Assembly (NCBI RefSeq): GCF_009914755.1
Contig: NC_060942.1
DNA length: 64,000 nucleotides
From: the human T2T-CHM13v2.0 reference genome, Homo sapiens
Reading direction: 5' to 3' (one strand)
Shown here one piece after another: positions 41,278-54,560 of this stretch. The notes below the pieces were generated by a model. The model did not search any database. It saw only the letters and a program-made list of their open reading frames with translations, and was not told the DNA's origin. Position numbers and translations under genes: made by a program. Position 1 is the stretch's first letter. Every line of letters begins with the position of its first letter.

Positions 41278-41885
41278 GTCCACTGCTTGTCAACTTGATA
41301 CCTATACACATTTTTATAAGCCATACTTAATATCCAAATAAAGACAAAAACAAAGTATCATTTCTGCCAAACATGATACTACTATCCTATATACAACTGG
41401 AAATGCACTTACCCTTTCCCCAGAAGAGGATGCAAAATCCTTCAGTAATGTTTACTTTTCTCCTTGATATTCTGTTACTTATATACTATGATGAAAAGTT
41501 CACAATGCTTAAAATACTGTGGTATAAAGTTAATTTATCTCATGTTACATGACAAAGAAATAAGAGAGAAGAAAACAAGAACACTTTCTATGTACAAATA
41601 CGTATATGCAAACATATTCATAATAAGGATATGTTATAATAATTACAGTCTATTTCTGCGATGGGTCATGTGGTCATAGCTGTATTTATAACTACCTTCT
41701 TTCACTATCTATTCCATATTTCCTTTACCCTCAGCAAGGACCTCAGCAGGTCTTGGTTTTGTACCTGGTAGAGTGACTCAAACCTTCAGTACTGAAGACT
41801 CTGGGCCATTAGCAGTCCTTCCAGAATTGGGTTGTTACTGTTTGCCATGAACTTTCACCACAGGGCATACTAGTACTGGGAGATT
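41278..41885 (-). mobile_element. ERVL internal 3' fragment (end of pol) attached to the LTR
   Basis: Minus-strand translation CPVVKVHGKQ*QPNSGRTANGPESSVLKV*VTLPGTKPRPAEVLAEGKGNME resembles the ERVL pol C-terminus; PPT-like gacaagcagtggac abuts the LTR. Confidence 0.85.
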
Positions 41886-42965
41886 GTGGGGCTGTTAGGG
41901 TTGTGAACCTCCTTAAAAATGTGTCAGCTACAGGAAGTGCTGAGATAATGGTAGCCCAGGCAGGAATTGGCTCTCAAACCTTCAGAGCATTGTAGGAAAC
42001 TTTTGATTTCAATAATTGTTAGATGCCACCTAGAGGTCATATTTGTTCCTCAACTTATGTTTAAATTGTGATAGGGTAAAACAATTCAAACACATCATAA
42101 AGAATATTGTTACTTCAATAAATATTTTTGCTAACTGTATTTATGATCATGTTTTAAAAATATACAAGGACATATTATATTCTCTGATTTAAAATATTCA
42201 GTTGTTATATAGAATTCAAAATAAGAAATGCAACATGGCTATAAAAATATAAAATATAATGTAAATGTAGTTGAGGTGGTATTTTGCATATACTGGAAAC
42301 TAACAATAATCGAGAGAGCTGGATTGAATACCTATGAAAAAATGGGTGCAGATCGGAAGAAAATCTGATAGACCAACTAGATGTTTACTGCATTTTGCAA
42401 TCTCTATCCTATCCATTCACTTTTATGAGGTGTTTTGCATGTGTGACTTTTTAATAGGGCACAGTCTTATAAAATAGTCTCAATATATTTACCATAGGAA
42501 GGTTTTTGAGCTGTTATACCCCAGGGATCTTGATTTTGCAGAAATTATACCTGCCTTTCTGAGGTTAAATGCTGCTAGAACTTCCCCGATCCAACTAGGT
42601 TAATGAGATACTTCAGACAGAAGTTCACATACTGGAAAAAGCTTTGAGGTCCCTGAGGAGGAGAATTTCTCCCAAGGGATGCGAGACCCTTTGCTGATAA
42701 ACCTGAGTAAGAGAAGGGCACCGGAGTTCACATGGAGGGCTGCATCAGGTGGCTGAACATTATTTGGCTGAGGATGCAAGTTTCTCCTGCTTCTGCCATC
42801 TTGGTGGGGTGGCCAACCTATGGAAGCATGGGCTAAATACATTCAGAATTATAAACTTGAAACAAAAATGTGAGGCATCACTGCAGCTCTGCAGTGATCT
42901 TGACTAGCCACAGGATCATGACAAAAAATGGACCGTCTCCTTCGAACCATAAAAGGTGATTTACA

Positions 42966-43257
42966 GGCCAGGCACAGTAGCTCATGCCTATAATCCTAGC
43001 ATTTTGGGAGGCTGAAGTGGGTGGATCACTTGAGACTAGGAGTTCAAGACCAGCATGGCCAATATGGCGAAATTCTGTCTCTACTAAAAATACAAAAATT
43101 AGCCAGGCATGGTCACAAGCACTTGTAATCCCAGCTACTTGGGAGGCTGAGGCAGGAGAATTGATTGAACTCTGTAGGTGGAGATTGCAGTAAGCTGAGA
43201 TCATACAACTACAGTCCAGCCTGGGTGACAGAGTGAGAATTTTTTTTTTCTAAAAAA
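42966..43257 (+). mobile_element. AluS (Sz/Sx-like)
   Basis: Full dimeric Alu; degenerate TSD aggtgatttaca / agataatttaca. Confidence 0.92.
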
Positions 43258-45749
43258 GAGATAATTTACAGTAATAACCCTGTATCACTATTACATAACA
43301 CTAGCTTTCTCTCCCTTTGGCTAGCATTTGGAAGCAGAACTAACACTTTGGGAATGTTTAGATGTTGAAGGATCTTAGTTCAGAACACGCTGGTTCTCAT
43401 GAGGGGAGATGCTCAATTATGTCTCCGTGTCTCTTTTGACCACTTATTGTTAAATACTTTTGCCTTGTTGCTGGCTGTGTTTCAATTATTGGTAAACCCT
43501 ATTTCCTGGGTTTACCTTTTGTAAGGAATCCAATGCTTACTTCTGGGCACAGAAGGTAGGGTCAGAGTGAGGCATTCCAAAATCCTAGGTGGAGCCTAGG
43601 ATGTGATACTTTCTTCTCAGGAGCTATGCCATGGGAATACTATTTTGGGCAGCATCTTATAAATACATTGAATTTGGAGGCCAGGAAACTTGGGACTAGT
43701 CTGATGACAGAAGCTGAAAAGACAAGTTTCAATAAGGAGGGTAATGGAGAGGAGTGGGGACAGGGAAGGTGTGCTAATATTTTACTGGGTACCTACAGCC
43801 TTGGGAATGAGTGAGGAGACCAGCAGAAGAGTTAGGGCCTCAGGGCCACTGACCAGTTGGGATTGTAAAGACCAGCAATTGCTGAGCTGTGTCTGGATAT
43901 GCCTAATGAGGGTTCAGGTCCCCGTTCAGCATTTCTGGGACTCCAGACCTATTAAGAATCCTGCTAGAAGACTAGGGCTCTAAATTATTCTCAAAGCAAA
44001 GAAATAACAGAGGCTAACTGTTCTCTAAGATCCAGAGCATCTGTTTCTCTCAAATAGATATATAAACTAAATCCATTAGCAATTTTTGTCATATGTACAC
44101 TGATATTGCAACCATAAAACCATCAGTCATTAGCTCATTTGTGGTTAGCTACTTAAAAGAAAAATCTACACAGCTTATTGGCTAGATCTTTGAATTAGAC
44201 AATAAAACTTCCAGATTACAGATTTCCTGGTACATTCAATATCCTTAAATTTATGTCAAGTGTAATTACATAATTACATGTAGTTTATCTCTGAATATGG
44301 TCAATTTTCCTTTTGCTGGTAGTGCCACAAACAATCATGAATAATCATCCCACGTGCAATAAAAAATAACTAAGGTATATTCAGAGAACTTACTATTAAG
44401 GATTAATTGAATTGTGTTCATTGTCTGGTTGAAACACTATAGCAAAATCTAAATTGATTTCTGGCAGTTTATGGGTCATTTAAAACAATTTTCCAAAGCA
44501 AAAAGTATATAAATTGGCTAACACAAGAAATACTATCTCCCTAAGGGACATCAAAGTTCCAATATCAATCCAAAAATTAAATTTAAATTTAAGCCAGACT
44601 GGGCAACCTGCAAATGACCTTGTTAATTATCAACTAAGGCTATCCTAATCCATACCTAATCAATAAGGGACTTTCTAAGGGAAACTTTGTAAAGGTGAGT
44701 GGAGACTGTCAATTTTACAGGCAAATGTTATTTTTGAAAATGTTTTGGGATGTCATAAAATGCTCAATAACCACTTTATATGAGTGTAACTGCCTTGCCC
44801 ACTGTGAAACTGTATTAGTCTTTGGGGCCAACATCACATATGGAGTAGAAAAGAGAGAATGGCCTGTCTAGTTTTCAGTGCATATCCTTGAGGAGTAGAG
44901 GCTGTCGTGTGACAAAATTATCTATTTTAAACCTTGTATCATTCATTCATTCATTCATTCTCTTTACCTTGTTTCTTTATCTGCCCCTTTAATCACTACT
45001 TACACTATGCTTGACGGGTGCTACATATTCCTGCAAAATATATCCATGAACTTTGATTGGCAGTGGGCATGGAAATTAACAAATAGTTTCATGGTCTTAA
45101 AAGCTACAATGCTCAAAACAAAATAAAATGAAAAACCATAGGGCATACTGTGAAAATGAAATGCATCATTGCTTCTAAGTTCTGTTAACTTCTCTACTGA
45201 TTTCACTTCTATTACGTTTTCTGTTTCTTCCATCAGGTTATGCTGTCTAGCAACTTCCGTGGAGTAATTTAACACCATATATATGATTATGTGCAGATAT
45301 TCTTATGACTTATGAAGGATACAGAGAAAGAAAGGAAAATGTGCTCTATATCTGAGTAAATACTAGTCATTTACACTGAACTGGATATTACCCATTTTAT
45401 TATTTTCTGAATAATTTTAATATACATTATTGTTCAAATAATTATAATAATAATATACATTAATACATTATTATTCAAAGTACTGAGCCAGTCTTCTGGA
45501 GTCCCTTAAGACTTTGCCATGACCTCTCAACCAATTTCACCTCCCTCCACATGTAAGCAAAAATTATGGCAGAACTGGGCTCTTTTTATTTAATATTTCC
45601 CAACGGTTCCCTTGCTCTTTCCTGATTAATGTGGAATCATCACAAGTAAATATGACACAAAGCTTCCTATGTTCTCTGAAGTTCTTTATATATTTATCCC
45701 AGTTTGAGAAATTTATTATTAATGACTCTCTAGTGAGAAGGGAGGAGGT

Positions 45750-45925
45750 AATTGAGACAGCACAGTGAGTAAGAGTTGAGATATGGGAATTAGGCAGCTC
45801 AAATTTAAGCATGTTTCTCCTGCTTTTTAATTTTACAACCTCAAATAAGTTTCTTAATCTTTGCGCAACTATTTTACACATCTTTACATTTTGAAAAATA
45901 AAATTGTTTGAGTTATCTCTCTGTA
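45750..45925 (+). mobile_element. MIR
   Basis: cagcacagtgagtaagag...acaacctcaaataagtttcttaatctttg. Confidence 0.55.
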
Positions 45926-46207
45926 TATTTAATATCACCCATTTTCACTCTCGAAATGTTCTGCTTTGAGCAATACATTATATGGCCACACAATTGATTA
46001 AGATTGCAAGTTGTACAGATAATACTCGTTACTGTTATTTGTTAATACCTTTTGCCATAGCAACTGTAAGATATAAAATATCCTAGTTTGGGTTTTTCAT
46101 CTTGTATTAAGGAATAGTAATTACCAGAGGGGGAAAGATAAGCAAGGAAGAGATAAAAAAATACAAATTAGACAGTCATTTTCTGAATAAGTCAGAAATG
46201 ATTGTGG

Positions 46208-46238
<31 letters not shown>

Positions 46239-47252
46239 CATACAAACAGGCATGCCAGAAATCTGATTTATTCCATAATTACTGTGCCTGGATATTATTA
46301 TAAATTTTTTCTTTTTCCTGTCATTTTGTTCATATTTACAGTCGCTTCCTTCTTTTTAATTTGAATGGTATATTACATAATTTTTGTAGAGATAGCAATA
46401 TCCCCCAAAGATTTCATTTACTTCTCTACATTTTTCTAGTACTTTTACAAAAGTTGGGTGGGGTCCTGGAGACCAGTTCTGGTCAATACATTGGCCAGAG
46501 CAAAGCCATGGGTCATTTCCAGGATGAGGTTTTGTAAAGCCTTGCCGCCAGGCCAACTAGTACAGATGCCAGATAGTGGGCCCTCCACCGGGCTGTCTAG
46601 AGCAGAGGCTGTGACCATCTCCCGGGAACATGTACTGAGACTGACCAATACATCTTTGGTATGCGAAGCCACAGGGATCTGGAAATTATTGATTGCCCCA
46701 GTGTAACCTAACCTTTCCTTACTGATACAGAAACTGGTACCAGGAGAGATATGCTCCTGGAACAGACAAACCAAAACACTAAAGTATATGGCAATGGTTT
46801 AGTGGCCACTGAGGAAGTGGTTATCCAACTAAAAAGATAACAACCTAGTTTTTAAGTAAACTTTTAAATTTTAGAAGTGTTTTTAGATTTACATTAGCAA
46901 TCTCTTTTTGCAGGGCTGAAATATTTTGTGAAACTGGAGCCTGTGATAATTTGCAAAGTAGATCATGTAGCGTATCTATGGGAAGAGGTTGAAAAATGGA
47001 GCAGTTATAGTATTTTTATTTCTACTTAGTTGTATTTACAAGGCGTTGCAAGAAACAGATAATTTCAGTAAAGAAATTGTCAATTTGCAGCTTAATAAAA
47101 GGGAATGAGGACAGTTAGTCCTTTGAGTTAGAAGAGTCAACTGCTTTGATACCTGGCAGTAACAGGCTTAAGAAAGCCTTTTTGAGAAAAATACTCAGTA
47201 CAACCTCAAGTAATTTAAATGCTTAAGGGCAAAACTAAACTAAGGATAGGAG

Positions 47253-47257
<5 letters not shown>

Positions 47258-47302
<45 letters not shown>

Positions 47303-47358
47303 TTATTATGTTATATATAATGTATTTTATTATATATAAATATATAATATATATATTA
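47258..47358. repeat. (AT)n microsatellite and AT low complexity
   Basis: Directly visible. Confidence 0.95.
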
Positions 47359-47562
47359 AGTTTAGAGAGAGTGAGAGTTGTAAGAGTAAGAAAGCAAACC
47401 CACATTTCATAGATGAGAATCATGCCTCAAAGAGAATGTTAGATACATTTATTAGCACATCAGACTAACTTGCATAGACTATTTAAGAAGCTCTATAAAG
47501 TTTCTGAAACAGTTATATTGCCAAAAAAGCCACTAGACTAAAAGAGATGTGGCCTTTGAATG

Positions 47563-47905
47563 GACTTATTAGTTCATGCTGCAGCAACAATAACTGTGAA
47601 ATGTCAGTAGCTTACAGCAGGCAAAGCTCATTTCTTCTTTGCACCACAGGGCCATGGCCATCACAGGTTGGCTGTGGCTCTGCTCCACGTTTCCTTTTCT
47701 CTAGGTCCTATCTGACATTGCAAATTAGCATGGCAGAGGGCAAAGACATCATGGAGAACACGTGCTACCCTAGACATAATACATTCCATTGCTTATATGA
47801 TTTTGCTTTTTGGAAAAAATTATATAACACTCAGAGGTTAACATAGAGTGGGACATACAATCCTCTTGCAAGGAGGGGAAGTGAATATTGATAATAATGA
47901 GGCTT
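47563..47905 (-). mobile_element. MLT1J-like LTR nested in opposite orientation
   Basis: atgctgcagcaacaa...tcagtagcttacagca...ggctgtggctctgctccac...catggcagagggcaaag...agtgaatattg. Confidence 0.65.
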
Positions 47906-50374
47906 ATGACAGGGTACTAATGTTCTATTGGAAGGGATTGAGCTCAGAAAGTTGCATAGCCTGGAAGAAGGTTATACTCTTCAATGCCTGAATCAGTGTG
48001 GCCAAGGAGAGTCAGAATTAAGGAATCAAGATCCGTTTCCACCAAAGAGAGTGTCCTTAATAACATGTGTTCAGTGGAATTTGGGAATTGATACAAATAA
48101 GTCACTACTGTCAGTCCCTATTTTTCTCTTTTGTTTTTTCATTAGAGAGGGCAGTATCAGGTCCTTTTAGTCTACAGGTTTCTGGACCTAGAGCTGCTGG
48201 AGTCACATTTGGGTTTAACATAGAGATGACTGCACATCACCCAGGGACCCTGGACTTGAAGTTGAGTTTGTGACTGGATGGAATTTTTTTGGGTCCTCCT
48301 TTGGGAAGCTATTAAATGTGAGCCATATATTGGGAGAAAATAACAAAAGGATATTTGGTGACTAGAAGGATAGACAGGGCCATAGACAGTAATGCTCCCC
48401 CAAATTTCTATATTTCCCCGAATTCCCACTCATGTGACTGGTCATGGCCAGTGAACTCTGAGTGGGAGCAATGTATCACCTCCATGACTCAATTTATCAT
48501 TGAATGTCTCACTCTGAGATCATGAAAAGCCCAGGTGTGGTCTGCAGCCTCTCTCTCCCTGGTGTGCAGACCAAACATGCCTTTTATTCCAGACCAACAA
48601 GTAATAGGAGGAGAGCCCTCTGCCAGGCTTGATTTCTGAAAGGGAGTGTGAAACAGTGCCTTCTGCCAAACTGCATGGGGTGTGAACCCACAGTAAAAAG
48701 TAAACCTTTGTTATGTTAAGCGTCTGAGGTCTGGGCTGGGAGGAGTGTTTTTTTTCCCTAAAACAAGGATCTAGCTTATCAAGATGAAATCAGTTATGTT
48801 TGGTAAAGCTGAAAATTCTGTATAAAGCATATCTTTTTAAATGTTATTTCATTTTCCTACATATTGCTGAGGACACTTCATGTAGCTTATCTATCCTATT
48901 CACCCATCTCTTTGCTCTTGAGGAAAAATAAGTATTAAAAGAACAATGGTGAAGAAGCAGGCACAAAGCTCTACCTACCCACAAACGCGCTGTTTCAAAT
49001 GCAACAAACTGTGGGTAGAAGACTTTGATTTTCCCTTTTCACATAATGGTGCATCAGAGGTTAGAAACACTCAGGAGAAGGTTACTGAGAATATCCTTTG
49101 GGAATTCCATAATGGGTGCTTGCTATTTGTGCATTTCTTCTAATCAATGCAAAATAGCAGATTGTGGGTTCCATAAGCTAAAGTACAGGCATTTAATCAC
49201 ATGAATGCACACAGATCCAAAAGAAGAATTAATTATTAATGATACTGTGGTTAGGCTCCACTCCAATTAATAAATAATTTAGAATATGGTATACAGGAAA
49301 ACCACATTATAATAAAAAATAAGGTAGAGTCTTAGCAGAGACCTCCAAACCAAAATTTAAGAGGTCATTTCTCAACATTGATAATTCCTAATAGGGTAGC
49401 ATTCCAGTCAGTCCACTTCTGTTTATTCATAGCAACACCCATAGGCTAGCCTGAGGGGAAAGGCTTTATTAATATTTACGAAGTTATTTTCATAAGTATG
49501 TGGTAGTTCATTGTTAAAAGGACATAATTCAGCCTGTAATATGGCCTGATAAAATGAAAATTTGTACCACCCTGAGCAATTTTCAGTAATACACAGAAAG
49601 GCAACAAATTTATTTCTGCTCCCCAAACTGTGCCAAAGATTTTCAAGTCCCAAAGCTACTTTAAAGAAATTAACAACCATCTTAGAAGATAAAGCTACAT
49701 CAAGTACTGCTCTAGTCTAATGGTCCATAGCTCACAGGACTAATGTATGTGACAGGTTGCTTACTCCACAATTCACCAGCAGTTAAATATTGAAAGACAA
49801 AGAGATCATCATGGGATACTATTTTCTTTTGCTATGGACTTGGTAAACATGTATTTCTTGTGGCCCTCTAGCTTCAGAATTAAAAGTATTACACTTCAAC
49901 AAGACATAAACAATAAGAAGAAATTAACCTGAGAAGTCAAATATGAGAATTATTTTCAAGAACCTTCAGTCACCCCTTCTCACCCCTCCTTATCCCTCCC
50001 TCCCATGACAGTAATAGGAAAACAAAAAATGAATTCCAATTTATATTTCAAGCTACTTCTTGCAGCAATTACATTTCTGAAAACCAAAATAATTTTGGAT
50101 GGCTTCACATCCAGTAAACTGTATTTGGTGTTTCCTGTTACTCCCTGTGCAGTTAATTTTTGGAGTTTGTGATGTTATGGACAAAACTGTCTCTAGGCAT
50201 AATTTAATTTTCATAATTTATCATCTTTCAAAACCTGGAATTTATGCCAGGTCAGACAAAATATTAATCAACAGGACTCTCTGGAGCTTTAAGATTATAG
50301 AATTAGAACCTAAAGAGGTAAGTATTCAGATGTTGGTATAATGCTCAGATGTTGGTATAATGCTCAAACCTGTA

Positions 50375-51227
<853 letters not shown>

Positions 51228-51254
51228 ATATATATACACGTGCAAATTTCTTAC

Positions 51255-54200
51255 ATCCTCGTGCTAAATTGATCTCTTTATCATTATGTAATAATCTTCC
51301 TTGTCTCTTTTTATGTCTTTTGACTTAATGTTTATTTTATCTCAGTTTAACTACTCCTGCACACTTTTGGTTTCTGTTAATGTGGAATATCTTTTCCTAT
51401 CTCTTCACTTTCAGTCATGTGGAATATCTTTTCCTATCTCTTCACTTTCAGTCTGTGTGCGTCTTTACAGGCAAATGAAGTTTCTTTTTTTTTTTTTTTT
51501 TTTTTGAGACGGAGTCTCGCTCTTCCGCCCAGGCTGGACTGCGGTGGCGCGCGGCTCATTGCAAGCTCCGCCCCCCGGGTTCACGTCATTCTCCTGCGTC
51601 AGCCTCCCGAGTAGCTGGGACTGCAGGCGCCCGCCACCATGCCTGGCTAATTTTTTGTATGTTTAGTAGAGACGGGGTTTCACCGTGTTAGCCAGGATGG
51701 TCTCTATCTCCTGACCTCGTGATCTGCCTGCCTCGGCCTCCCGAAGTGCCGGAATTACAAGCGTGAGCCACCATTCCCGGCCCAAAGTAAGTTTCTTATA
51801 GGCAGCAAATATTTGTCTTTAAAAAAAAAATCCATTCAGGCAGTCTGCATCTTTTAATTGGGAAATTTCAGCTATTTACATTCAAGATTGTTACTGATAG
51901 GTGAGGAGTTACTCCCAGCATTTTGTTTATGTTTTCTGGTTTTTCATATCCTTTGTTCCTTTCTTCCCCTTTTATTGTTTACCACTATGATTTGGTGATC
52001 TGGTATAGTGTTAACATTTGATTTCAGTCTCTTTCTCATTTTTGTATTTGGTCTACCAAGTGAGCTTTATATTTTGTGTATTTTCATGAGGGTAAATATC
52101 TTCCTTTTACTTCCAGATGTAGAACTCCCCTAAGAATTTTTATAGGGCTTGTCTCGTGGTGATGAATTTCCTGTTTTTGCTTATTTGGAGAAGACTTTAT
52201 TTCTCCTTCATTTTTGGAAGATAGCTTTGTTGGGTAAGGTATATTGGCTGGCTGTTTTTTTTCTTTCTACATTTTAAATGTATCATTCTATTTTCTTGTG
52301 GCTTATAAGGTTTCTGCTGAGAAATACCCGTTATTCTGATAGGGATTCCTTGTATGTGATTTGATACTTTTGATGTTTTTAGAATTTGCTCTTTGTCTTT
52401 GGCTTTTGATAGTTTGAGTGCAATATGCCTTGGAGAAGACCTCTTTAGATTGAATCTCTCTGGGGTCTTTAAGCTTATTGTATCTGTGTTTCTACATCTC
52501 TTGCATGACTTGAGAAGTTTTCAGTTATTATTTCATTAAATGGGTTTTCTATGCCTTTGTCCATTTCTTCTGCATCTGAAACTCCCAAATTAAAAAATAT
52601 ATATATAGTTGTTTTATGGTGTTCTGTATGTCACATAAGCTTTCTTCCTTTATTTAGTTTTCTTTCTCTAAATGGGTTATTTGAAAAGACCTGTCTTCAA
52701 GTTCAGAAATTCTTTCTTCTGCTTGATCTAGTCTCTTGTTGAAGCTCATGATTGTGTTCTTTAAATTTATTTTTTGAATTCTTAAGTTCTGGGATTCCTG
52801 TTTGGTTCTTTTAAAATTATATTTACCTCTTTGTTAAATTTCTCATTCAAATCACTTTTATTTCTGATTTCTTTCCATTGTTTTTCTGTGTTCTCTTGTA
52901 TCACAGAGTTTTAAAAATTTCCTTATTTAATAGATGTATTTATAGTGTTGGTTGGGTAGGGTGCTTTGCCTTTGATTTTTGGTGGGTGTGGGAGTGTAGT
53001 CTTTATATAATTTCTCTGGCTGTAATCAATGTCAGTAGTGTCTGTTCATTCCTTACAGCCTTAACTTCAGTTGTTAGTAGAGACTGTAGCAAGGCTTTGT
53101 TGGGGATGGAAATGCAAGGTGGGCTGGTCCTCAGGCACCAGTAGTGGCAGCAGCAGTCAGGGCATGCTGGTCCTTGGGCTCTTGTGCAGTGGACACGGGC
53201 ACCAGCAGTGGTGGATCTGAGTGAGTCAGTCCTCAGGCCTCCTGGCAGCATGCTCAGGTGCTGTGGTATCAGCAGAGGGCTAGGCAGGCAGGTCTTTCGG
53301 ATCCTTGCAGCATGCATGGCATTGGTGGTGGCAGCAGTGGTGGCAGCTCAACCCTCAGGCCCTTGAGTAGCATATGCAGACACCAGCAGTGGTGATAGCA
53401 GGCTGTTCCCCAGGCTCCCGAGTGGTGTGTAGGGGTGGGCACCAGCAAAGTGGTGGCAGTCTGGGGCAGGCCAGTCTTTGGGCTGCTGGGAAGCACATGT
53501 AGGCACCAGCAGTGGGCAAGGTAGGCTTGTCACTATGCCCCTGGATGGTATGTGCATGCACTGCTGATGGTAGGCAGGGTGGGTTGGTCCCCATGTTCCT
53601 GAATAGTGTGCAGCACAGGCAGACAGCAGTGACAGGCAGACCATGCCCAACTACAGGCTGTCAAAAAGTGTGCAAGGGCTCTGGCAGTGGCGGTCAGGGA
53701 GGGTTTCTCCTCAGGCCCCTGGACTATAGGTACCACTAGTTGTGGGTGGAGCACGTCAATCTCTGGGCCCCCAGACAGTGAGCTCAGGCACCATGAATGA
53801 TGGTTGTAAGCAGGTCAGGAATATCCTCAGGCCCTTAAAGGCATGGGCTGATAGTGGCAATGGGTAGGACAGGCCTATTCTCAGACCCCAGGATGGTGCA
53901 CTGGCAGGCTGATCCTCAGTCCCGCTGAAGGCACGTATGAGTATGTGGCATCCCTGCTGCTGCTGGGCGGGGAGGAATTGCTGTTAAAGGCAGCAGTCCT
54001 GTCAGGCAGCTCTCAGGCTCTGAGGAGCACAAACTTTGGCTGCCTTTCTTTTGAAGAAAGCTTCCCTGGTATGCCACACTGCCTATTCCCCAGGGATGCA
54101 GCATACTGTGTGGCACACTAGAGTGCTAGGCACCTAGGCTCACTGCTGGGTCCAGCTGGCATCACAATGCTGCAGCCTTCTAGGTGGACATGGGCGGGGG

Positions 54201-54560
54201 TGTCAGCTGGGCTTCAAGGATGTTGGGATTCAGGAGCTGCTGGGCCCTGGGATAGCATGTTGTCTGGTAGGAGTTGGGCTCCCATAATGGTGTGGTGATG
54301 CAGCTGCTTGTGTCCTGTGGAATACATGGGACCCAGCACCAACTTGATGGTAACTTGCAACAGTGCCATCACGTGGACTCCAGGCAGCTCCCAATGTTAG
54401 TCTCAGGGCCCAGGAGTGCTGAGGGGCTCTCCCGTGACTAGGATTCCAGGAGTCTGTGGGGGAATGTGGATTGCTGAGGATCTCTCACTTTTTGCCCGAA
54501 ATAGGGAGTTCCTCCTGGCTCTGAGCCAATCTTGGCTGAGCTGGCTGTTTTGTGGTGGAG
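51255..54560 (-). mobile_element. 5' half of an old L1 (L1M/L1MA-type): ORF2 start, ORF1, GC-rich repetitive 5' region
   Basis: Antisense endonuclease and ORF1 motifs (tctctttatcattatgtaat, aaggtttctgctgagaaat, cttgagaagttttcag), then a GC-rich block at 53080-54560. Confidence 0.8.
51485..51782 (-). mobile_element. AluY
   Basis: gcaagctccgcc, ccgtgttagccaggatggtctc diagnostics; CpG-rich; near-TSD caaatgaagtttctt / caaagtaagtttctt. Confidence 0.95.

Larger units (their letters stand above)
46385..48792 (+). mobile_element. Probable two-LTR ancient MaLR (MLT1J/K/L-type): 5' LTR 46385-46729, internal region, 3' LTR about 48376-48792
   Basis: LTR end actgataca followed by MLT-int start gaaactggtacc; PPT-like ttggtgactagaaggatagac before a second LTR-like block with aaacctttgttatgttaagc. 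Confidence 0.55.

Noticed and set aside
42877-42898. 10-bp inverted repeat atcactgcag-ct-ctgcagtgat
   Set aside because: Isolated short hairpin with no supporting context
42540-44050. GC-richer unique-looking stretches that may be an old LTR/ERV or exon
   Set aside because: Could not assign a family or reading frame without a profile search
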